Of a stretch of 64,000 nt of DNA, positions 54,800 through 64,000 are shown one piece after another (within the stretch, counting starts at the first letter, position 1; every line of letters starts with the position of its first letter). The stretch lies in NCBI GenBank assembly GCA_004022145.1, contig RCNU01000001.1. One strand, 5' to 3'. The notes beneath the pieces are model-generated. The model was not told the DNA's origin, ran no database searches, and saw nothing but the letters and a program-made list of their open reading frames with translations. The DNA is from Paecilomyces variotii (Eukaryota). The position numbers were made by a program, and so were the translations under genes.

Positions 54800-56950
54800 A
54801 TGGTACCTCAAACCGAACGCAAGCCTGCACCCTTCGGAACGTGGGAAAGCCCTATATCCAGCCATCTCCTATCAGCACGTTCTGTCTCACTTCTCGGGCT
54901 GGATGTGTATGTATGTATCCCCTATTAAGAGCGCGCTTCAGGACAAATTCAATCGTGCTACACTAGCTAACACATACAAGGAACCCTCTTCGAGGCTATA
55001 CCATCTCGAAGGCCGCCCCGCTGAAGGAGGCCGTTGCTGCATCGTCGAACATGACTTGTCACCATCTGGCGATATTACAAGCAGAGATGTCCTTCCTGCA
55101 GAATATAGTGCCCAGACCTCTATCCACGGCTACGGCGGGACACCGTTCATCGTGAACCCCGCTACAGGCGACTTGATCTTCACTGATGGCAGAACGAAAG
55201 GAGTGTATATCTTATCTCCGGAATCAGGAGAAGTCAAACCAATTATCGATGTAGATCCCAGCTCGCCAACAACACCAGTGCGCTATGCGGATTTTCATGT
55301 CTGCGCTTCGGAGCCGAATTGGGTCCTCGCCGTCGAGGAGCGAGGAGCAGGCAGTGACGAAATCGATAGAGTCATTGCGATAGAGATATCTACAAAAAAG
55401 CAACATGTAATTGCCGAAGGGGCGGATTTCTACTCAAACCCACGCTTTAGCGCTGATGGAAAGCGTGTCTGCTGGGTGCAGTGGAGTCATCCCGATATGC
55501 CCTGGACAGGATCCCTGCTTTATGTAGCGGATTGGCTTGGTGATGGGAAAATTGAAAAACCTGTTTATATTGCAGGGGAGGCTCTTAAAGAGAGTATTCT
55601 CGAGCCTAGATGGGGTATAGATGGGACGTTGTTCTTTGTTAGTGATCGTACGGGCTATTGGCAGCTATATCGTCTCGATGTCGGGGCCTCGGCGGCAAGG
55701 AGGGTGAATTTGAAGGGACTGGAAGAGGTCGAATTCTCAGGAAGGAACCCTGCATTGGGAAGGTAATTAGGCAATGGGTCACTAGGTTGGGATAATAATA
55801 TTGGTATTCTTGCTGACAATTGCGAAAAAGCTATACCTACGCCTCTATGACTGCCACGACCATCCTAGCAGCAGTCACTATCCGAGCTGCAAACCGTCTG
55901 GTAGTCATTGACCTCAAGACGGAAACTTTCCAATTCCTCGATTCAGATCTTATCGAAATTCGCTTCAATGCTCTCAGAAAGCTAACCGACACCAAGTTCG
56001 CCATCATCGGAAGCACAGCGCGATTTCCCAACTCCCTGTACGAATTGGACCTCGCTAATCCTTCATATAAACGACTCATCAAGACATCTGCAGAAGTTGA
56101 CCCGATCCTTTCTACTTTCTTCTCAGAAGCCAGACATATCTCTTTTCCCCGAGTATATGGAGAAGCCCAAGGGGAACAAGCTCATGCGTTCTTCTTACCG
56201 CCTCAGAATCCGAACTATCAAGGTACCCCAGGTTCCCTCCCGCCTCTGATTGTCTGGGCCCATGGCGGGCCGAGCAGTCATGTCCCTCCAGGCTTGGCTA
56301 TGAGGGATCAGTACTGGACTTCCCGAGGGTACGCGGTGGCCTTGCTCAACTATACCGGTTCTACCGGCTACGGACGTCGCTACCGTGAGCGATTGGACGG
56401 TAAATGGGGCATCTTGGACGTGGACGATTCAGTCAGCTGCGTGGAGTATCTCGCATCTACCGGGCAAGTTGACCGTACTCGAGCCGGAATCATGGGCCCC
56501 AGTGCAGGCGGTTATACTGTACTGCAAGCGCTGTGCGTCTATCCTGATGTCTTCGCGAGCGGCAACAGTGAGTACGGAGTTGGCGACCTGAGAGCCTTGG
56601 CGGAGGATACACACCGATTCGAAAGTCATTATCTTTTTGGATTGGTCTTCGAAAGGGGCGGACGATGAATGAGTGAGGATGAGAAAAACCGTGTCTACAA
56701 GGAACGCAGTCCTTTGTTCAACGCGGATAAGATCAAGAGTCCCCTCCTACTGCTGCAGGGCGATGCGGACAAAGTAGTTCCCCCAAACCAGGCCAAAGAT
56801 ATGGAGCAGGTCATCAAGGAAAAGGGAGGAGATGTGAAGTTGATTATCTTCGAGGGAGAGGGTCATGGCTTTGCACAGAGCGCTTCAGTGCGAAGAGCCG
56901 TTGAAGAGACAGAGCAATGGTTTCGAAGAACGTTGGTGAGATCTGAGTAG
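54800..56950 (+). CDS. S9C prolyl-oligopeptidase/acylaminoacyl-peptidase family protein with in-frame TGA at 56666-56668 (possible pseudogene)
   Basis: APFGTWESPIS, EGRPAEGGR, WSHPDMPW, HGGP, YWTSRGYAV, NYTGSTGYGR, nucleophile GPSAGG, THRFESHY. After the stop the same frame continues with QGDADKVV and FEGEGHGF. Confidence 0.85.
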
Positions 56951-57300
56951 TCGATAGTCATCATGCTCATACATGTCTTACACTTCAAGTTCACGGCCAT
57001 AATCTACGAAGATTGAAAATGAATTGCTCTTACATATATAGTACCATATTGAACTATGCAGAAAAAAGAAAATGTTCAATTTGTCACTTATAGATATATT
57101 CCAAAACAAAGCCGTCGCCATAGCACCGTTCCCCTAGAATGCAAGCCAAGGAAATGTAAAGGAAGGCAGATTATTGTTCTGCAGCCAACATTGGGAAGTG
57201 AGTGGCGAAAGAATATCAGACAAAGGAAATTCGTGAAGTAGTTGCATCAAAATGGACGTCCCAGGCTGAGAATGCCTAGAGGTAAACCTGACATGATAAA

Positions 57301-58842
57301 TCACTCCTTCCAAAACCAGCCTCTTCGGGAAGCTTTGTCAGAGATCTGGGAGTCACCACTCTCAGACTTCTGCTGGGAGGAATGCTGGGGGTTGAGGACC
57401 TCGACGGATTCGTTGCTCTCTTCGCGGCCGTCGGCAAAACGCTTCGTCTTGACGGTCTTCGTCTGGACAGTACCGTCTGGGAGGGTCCGCCGTTCTGTGG
57501 AGGTCATGGTAGACACTACAACCGAAGATGGCGAGGCAGTTGAGCCATTAGCAGTCGCTGGGTTGACGGCAGTGGCCTCAGCGGTGTCATTTGTAGTTTC
57601 AGGAACGGAGTGCTTGTTTCCACCCGAGATGAGGTCCAGCCAGCTTTCGTTATCTTGTGAGCCGTCGATCTTTGAAATGCGTTGCAGCCTGCGTCTCCTT
57701 TCCTCTATCTCATCGCGGTACCGCTGCCTTTCCTCATGAAGAAGACGAAGCAGAGGACTTTGGGAGAACTCTCTGGAGAATTCTCTCTCTCGTGCCTCGA
57801 TATCCTGGAGGAATCTGTCATACAGATCCAGCTCGCTTACTGGTTCAAATCTTTCAGTGTTCCTTTGAACCTGTTCTTTCGATTCAGGAGACGGCAGGGC
57901 TGGCTTGTTATCCTTGTTTTCTTCCTGGGCCTGGCTTCCGTAGAGCATACTCGAGTGACCGTTGCCATTGGCCGTAGGAATATACTTCCAACGATCTCCA
58001 AGGCTTCCTCTCTCCACCAATCCACGTAACCAGTTGCTGCCCTTTTCCTTTCTCCTGGACGATTCCGTGTCTCTATCCAGCATAGGCTTGCCATTCTCTA
58101 GACGCAGTAAATCCTCGAATGCGTCACGCCAGTGAGGCTCCTTTGGATCTTCTCCCGAGGAAATGTTCAACGACGAAAAGAGCGAAGAGACGATACCCTT
58201 GTCACGATTTGCACGAAGTCGAGATTGGCGCTCTAGATGTAAGGGCGAATAAGGACTGAACAGGAGGTATGGGATGGGCCAGGCTCCCGCTTCAGCTTCT
58301 TCGAATGTATCCCAGAAAGGGTTGAAAAGGCCGGTGGAGAAAGGGAAGCGATCATCGAACCAGAGTTTGTCGAAGAAGGAATCAAGACTGAAGAAGTCGA
58401 ACGGCCGGGAGCGATGGGTGTGCCAGCGCCATCTGTCGAAGTCATCATAGTCGGAGCTGCGCGACCATCTGGGCCATTTGGAACTCGACGACGATCTATC
58501 GTAGTCTGATTCATAGTGTGTATCCATCGAGGAACCATCTTTGCGACTCGGATCCGTCCCAGCGTTATCGCCCTCTCCGCTCCGTCTTTGTCGTGTATTG
58601 TCTTTATACTTGCTATCGTCGGCGAAAATCATCCAGTGGTCTGCTGTTGGCTGCGAGACGGCTGACGGGAGACCCATGACAGATTGGAGAACGGACGATA
58701 TCTGTTCATCGGCGTAGCGACGAAACGCTACAAAAGGATTCTCCTCCTCATGCCATGACTTCGGCTGGGGTGGCGGGGAGGAGCGCTGCGACTGTTGTTG
58801 CTGTTGCTCAGGAGCTTTGCTATCTTCCGGAGAACCGGCCAT
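57301..58842 (-). CDS. Conserved-type fungal hypothetical protein
   Basis: Long single-exon ORF from ATG 58842 (MAGSPEDSK). Motifs NPFVAFRRYADEQISSVLQ, YLLFSPYSPLHLE, WRDAFEDLL, TLPDGTV...KRFADGREE and GWFWKE*. Confidence 0.8.
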   Translation of the reverse strand: MAGSPEDSKAPEQQQQQSQRSSPPPQPKSWHEEENPFVAFRRYADEQISSVLQSVMGLPSAVSQPTADHWMIFADDSKYKDNTRQRRSGEGDNAGTDPSRKDGSSMDTHYESDYDRSSSSSKWPRWSRSSDYDDFDRWRWHTHRSRPFDFFSLDSFFDKLWFDDRFPFSTGLFNPFWDTFEEAEAGAWPIPYLLFSPYSPLHLERQSRLRANRDKGIVSSLFSSLNISSGEDPKEPHWRDAFEDLLRLENGKPMLDRDTESSRRKEKGSNWLRGLVERGSLGDRWKYIPTANGNGHSSMLYGSQAQEENKDNKPALPSPESKEQVQRNTERFEPVSELDLYDRFLQDIEAREREFSREFSQSPLLRLLHEERQRYRDEIEERRRRLQRISKIDGSQDNESWLDLISGGNKHSVPETTNDTAEATAVNPATANGSTASPSSVVVSTMTSTERRTLPDGTVQTKTVKTKRFADGREESNESVEVLNPQHSSQQKSESGDSQISDKASRRGWFWKE

Positions 58843-59721
58843 GCTGCTTTGATGTGATACCCACGATGCGAGCCAGATTGTATTCACAGAGCAAATCACT
58901 GTCAACAGAAAGAAAGGGATCCAGAGAGCATCAAGGGAGAGCTCTGATGGAAGCTGTTGGGGACCTTCGCGTGGGCGGCTGTAATCACCACGTGATCGGA
59001 TACAAACACCGCAAATCTTCTCGTCTTTTCGTTCCGCTTCGTTGCGCCACAATAATTATGGTAATAATATGTCTCCTGGACGGGATAATAATCATTAACT
59101 GCGACAAACGCCAGCCCTCATTGATGATATTGATACAAGCATTTCCAGGTTACCATACAACAAATAATATTATTCATTCTCCTCAGCTTCTCCTATTGTC
59201 AACATGTTCTGTGTCCTGGAACACTCGAAGCCTCAACATTCAACAAAGTTACGCCTCGATGGATCCACTACTTAGACTAAAGTATGGAATTCAAGGCTCT
59301 ATTTTAATCTAGCGCCATCTTGAGAGTATGTTTTTAGTAATATAACTACTACTAACTAACTAGTTAGTTAACTAACTACAACCAGCATGGAATTGTCATA
59401 TTTTCATACGCTTGATCACCCTGAGTCTGGTAACATTTATTCAATCAAAAAGAGTTATATATGATTTCTTATCCACAAGGGAGAAAGCTCCTTGCAGCCT
59501 TTGAGACAAGTTCGGATCTGACTCCCTCCTTTTGTTTTCGGTTTGTTTCATCTCCTTTCGTGTCTGACCTCACTACATTCACTTTTATCCCACTGACGCT
59601 CTGAAGTCCGCCTATTCTAATGCGGTTCCCTAACCATTCATATCACCTGTATGGCTGTCTGAATAATCCTCCGACAATGGCTCTAGTTATTGCTGCTGTC
59701 TGCAGAGGATGCATGGCTCCC

Positions 59722-61419
59722 CTACATCCCGGATTGATTTTGCATGTGTAGCCATGCCTGCTCGAAACCAGACATGGCAACCCATGGCTGCTCATTATTG
59801 AGCGAATCAATAACTGTGCAATATCAAGGTTAGCAGGCACCGCAAGTCTCTTCCGTTGAGCGTCACTGTTCAGAGGCTGCAGCTGTTGGGGATTTCAACT
59901 TACGTAGATTGGCCATTTTTAACCACATGCTGTCTACAAGGAAGAAACCCCTGTCTCTCCCGCCTTTCTCAAAGGGTGCACAAATTTTCTGGCCATTAGC
60001 AATTGCTCTCAATGTTTTCGCTGTGTGTACATCCTCCTCGGGCCGTTTGATGATGATGTCAAACATAGTTCTCCAGTCTCGCTCATCTTCGTAATTTATA
60101 ATCGGACTGAGAACCAGTTTCGGTGCGTTATGTGCCGCGTACATGGACATGTCGCAGCGGACTTTCCACTCGAGCAACCGGACCTTGTCCGCCGTCGTCA
60201 GACAGGCCAGAGAGTTGATACTCTGGAAGAAAACGGACGCGGTAAGGGCGTGTATAAAGGCAAAATCGAATTTGACCTGTTTTGGCGGATTTTGAGCACC
60301 CCCGGTCATGTAAGCTTTGGAGTCAAAAGGTTCGTCAGCGATTTCACGTCATTTCAATATCGATATGGCTCGGCTGCAGGGTAGTCAATTGCCCGAGTGT
60401 CACTAACCTACGGCATTTATCATTTGCGCTACAGCCTCATCTAACCGATCTGGACGCACAGAATACTGGCTCGCGTACTTGTTTATCTCATCCGGCGCAC
60501 GCTTCAGAATCCCGTCCCTCATTTTGCTGATGTCTGTCCATTGCGCCGCACCACGAAGTTTCTCGTCGTCACGGATCCGATCCAAAAGCCCAATAGCGTC
60601 TGATGTCTTCTTATCTTCGGGCAAACCATCCGCAGTCCTTTCTGCCCGCAGCAGATATTCACCGACGATCGGCTCCTGTATAGAGCTCTCTGCCAGAGAG
60701 GAGGCAACCAAGGCAGGTTGTCCCCATTCGATCCCAAAACCAAAGCGAATCAATGGGTGCATAAACCCTGAAATTGTTATCATGGAATATCCTCGTCTTA
60801 AGTTTTGACAATAGCTCACCAGAAAACATCCTGACCAGAAGACCATTGGCGTGCTCATCTCTTGCCAACAGATGTTCACGAATAGTATTTTCTAAACCTT
60901 TCGACTCAATCTCGCGTTGGAAAAACTCCAAGAAGTGTGGATAATTCGCATCATCACCAAGAAAGTCTTTGAATTTGTTCTTGTCACTCATGGCTAGGAC
61001 AACATATTCGTCAACGGGAAGCGCCGGATCATGATTTTTCTTGTTGCTGTTGTAAGTAGTCAGCAGTTCCTCAGACGTTGCCCCAAGAGCATATAATGTC
61101 AGGGTCTTTATCGACAGTTGATCTGCCAGTGATCAGCGAGGCATTTCTTCCAGAATGAGTTAATCGTAACGAGAAGCAACGTTACTAGGTACACTGGGTA
61201 TAACTGGATGCCATATAGCGGTTCCAATTATTTTTACCAGATCAGAGGGAAGAAGAAACCCAACTTACTCCGGGATTTATTGGGCCCAAAGAATATGTGG
61301 TGGTTCTCCAAATCGTCTTGTAAGATCTCGGAAACTATTGCAGCCGATTCGGGTTTAACTTCATCAGTGAACGCAGAGGCTTGCGGCGAGCCAATATTCA
61401 TACGTCGTGCTGTCGCCAT
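59722..61419 (-). CDS. HypA/AflY/questin-oxidase-like family protein
   Basis: Spliced: LENHHIFF..LTLYALGA, FLEFFQREIE, GFMHPLIRFGFGIEW, FDFAFIH, KVRLLEWKVR, HTAKTLRAI, W..MSGFEQAW; four introns. Confidence 0.82.
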
Positions 61420-62826
61420 GATTGAGATCTGAAATCCTTAAGCATTAGCAGCTTGAGTGTTATAAGAAACAGAAGGAAATTCGTCGAATACGAATAGAAA
61501 AGGGCTTCCTGATCTGGTCATTTGGGAGGCAATGAGAGAGGATACGCACGATTGGAGCCTGTGACTTCGACAATGTCAATATATTTGAGCTCAGGAATGT
61601 GATTCTGGTAATACTAGCCGGGTTATATACCTTATTCTCTCTCAAACCCTACGTAATAATCCGATGATGGGGGCCGCAGTGGCGAGAGCACCCAATAAGG
61701 CTCTCTTCGAACGGACCTAAGTAATGAAACGTTTGATGATGGACAAGTAACTATGCAGTCAGAAAGGTACTGGAAGGCTCCGTGAAGTTGCAGGTGATTG
61801 TATGTAAGACAGAGGTGTAAGTAGCGTCTGTGAGGTACGCTCCCAGGAGAGACAGACCCCTAGGCTGGGTGTACATTTAACTTCGCCGCCGATTTGCCTC
61901 ACGTCACGGACAATGACATCGTGGTTACATGCCTAGGTAGGGGAAGTGCCACTCTATTAATATGTGAAGCTTCTTCATATGTCCAATTCAAAGGAAAGGG
62001 AATGGTGCAAGATTCCGAGTATCAGTTCTCAGCGGTCGATTCACACGGGCATATAATCATCCTGCTGTATGACATTTCAAGCACAGTAACCAGAACATAA
62101 GCTTCTAGTCCGTCATATAGGACAATGTATATCTGTTCCTAATCCCACTATCAAATGTTCCCTACTATCTCGGTAGCTCACCATGAGTGACCACATTTCA
62201 ATTGATTATACATCGAAATGCATATAAATGCCCATATCTGACAAGATCAAATAAAAGAATTGTAGCTCTGATAGTATATAATTACTCTCTTCCATAGATT
62301 CAGGTCAGATTTTCTGCAGTCAGGTCGCCACAGCATACTGCGTAGAGGATTGGGGTGGAGCTGCCGAGAAGGCACTCCACTGACCAACAGGGGATTATCT
62401 CGGAGGCACGCGACTGAAGGAGATGAGGATGCTTTGATTCTCTAGGATTGAGCTCTGAAGCTCTGAGCTATCTAAACTGACAATGCGACTAGCTAAGCCT
62501 AAAACGGAAGGAGGCAGGCGATAAGGTATCCGCCTGGTCTGGCATGGCCCTACAGGCCCGAAAGATTATGACCGAAAATAGGTTCTCTTAGCGAGTTTTT
62601 ATGTTAATACACTAGAAATTCTGATAGGATAAACCGTACAGAAAATCTACTACTGATACTTCCTGGAAGATGCCTAGAAGAACACATGAGATGAGATGCC
62701 ACACCCCTTCTAGATCTATTTGTAACAAGATAATATTTATTACAAAATGGTACCACCATCGTCTATCTGCCATGTATTACGAGAATATCGACCAGCCTTC
62801 AGATCTGCTTGCCTATCAAGGCTAAT

Positions 62827-64000
62827 TCAGGCACTCTTCAGGCCTGTTTTCTGTGCCCGGCCTTCAGTCCATCCCCTGGACTCCCACAGTTTAACGTTCT
62901 CCTCCATCTTCTTATAAGCCCAGCTAAATTTCGGGTCTGGGAGATTCTGTAGTTAGCTCTTGCGCATCCTGGAAGTGAATAAGCAATAATAAGATGTCAC
63001 ATACACAAGTATTGCCGGAGGTCGTGTCGGTGGTCTTCAGGCGAATACTGCTCCGCATGGTAGCTTGGCGTGAGAATCGTCATCTTGTGTCTGTTGATAG
63101 AATAGTGATGGAAAAAGTGCCTGGTCTTCTCGTAGATCTCTCTGGGACTATATTCGTTGCCCCACAGGTGAAGCAACTTCTCGTACATCGACCAAGGTCC
63201 GAGTTTCGCTACCTTTCGCAAACGCCCGAATACAGATAGCTCCGAATACGTAACTCCCATATCTGCCTCGTCAGACTGTACGTATGTGGAGGTAATCGGT
63301 TCTAATTCCGCAGTTGGCGTCGCATTGAGGAAGTCCTTTAGGATTGGCAGATCGAAGGAATCAACGGCCCATGCAATAAATTTCTTAAGGTCCACCTTAG
63401 AGATAGAGCCAATCTTGGATGATAGTTAGTACTAGCGTGGGGACGAGAATTTCTATTCTGATGCTTACAGGATTCAACTGTAAAACTTGTCAGCAAACGT
63501 TGTCAATAACATAGTGGTTAGAGATACTTACATCAGCGCTGCTGCAATCGTACTTGGTGAGGTACCCACGAAGACTGCATAGTTATTAGTAATGAATCAA
63601 GGAGCCAAGTAGTTAGCTTATAGAAAAAACCAGTACCTTTCATCCACGTTGGCAGACCCGAGAACTAGAAGACCACCGCCTCCTTGACGTTGACGGACTG
63701 TCGGGAGCAACTGTGCGAACATATAGGAGAGGACCATTCTGAGACGTGCTTGCACGTTCTGAAGACTGGCATTTTCATCAGTGCTGCCCCCATGGACCTT
63801 GAATCGAGGTGCGAAGTTCGTCACAAAGGTAAAGAGATCGGTGACAGCCTACATTTGTGTCAGCAAGGAAAAGGAACTGGCCGGAAAACACTTTCTAGCG
63901 TCACACCTTCACAAGCGTGTCCATGTTTAGATCCACATGATATGCCCCTATATCCTTTGCAAGGTTCTTCGCTCGGTCTCTGGTTTGCTTACTCGAGTTC
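62827..64000 (-). CDS. QNS1: Glutamine-dependent NAD+ synthetase, 3' part (runs off window)
   Basis: [83 protein letters not shown]. Confidence 0.95.

Noticed and set aside
56666-56668. Selenocysteine or a tiny intron removing the TGA
   Set aside because: Sec is not known in Ascomycota and the site is a linker. No plausible GT-branch-AG intron spans it.
58843-59052. N-terminal extension of the 583-aa ORF
   Set aside because: Relies on a non-ATG start; the first good ATG is at 58842.
54800-61419. Secondary-metabolite cluster around the MFS transporter, peptidase and questin-oxidase-like genes
   Set aside because: No PKS, NRPS or terpene synthase; neighbours are housekeeping genes (SSL2, QNS1).

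Overview
Gene-dense, intron-containing DNA from a filamentous ascomycete; the proteins look Eurotiales-like (inference, not a database result). Conserved housekeeping blocks lie at about 0.4-25 kb (prefoldin 3, MTHFR, FLILHELTA/MRX11, NDK, glucosidase II alpha, PQ-loop protein, PBP-II-fold protein, GH18 chitinase, USP7/Ubp15, p24) and about 39-64 kb (hydrophobin, CID-domain protein, two tRNA-Lys flanking an APH-type kinase, XPB/Ssl2, MFS transporter, S9 peptidase, questin-oxidase-like protein, Qns1). Between them is a patchwork accessory stretch (about 31.3-38.4 kb). Its main feature is two copies of a ~640-bp non-autonomous Helitron-like element with 5'-TC, a 3' hairpin plus CTAG, an A^T target and also an asymmetric subterminal inverted repeat. 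One copy interrupts a coding exon, and the two copies bracket an F-box gene and a RIP-mutated duplicate of the hydrophobin 3' flank. Other oddities are an in-frame TGA that splits the S9 peptidase before its catalytic Asp/His, a 5'-truncated GH3 fragment, and a questin-oxidase-like protein that appears to have lost its His cluster. Exon boundaries were inferred by eye from GT-AG and branch signals.
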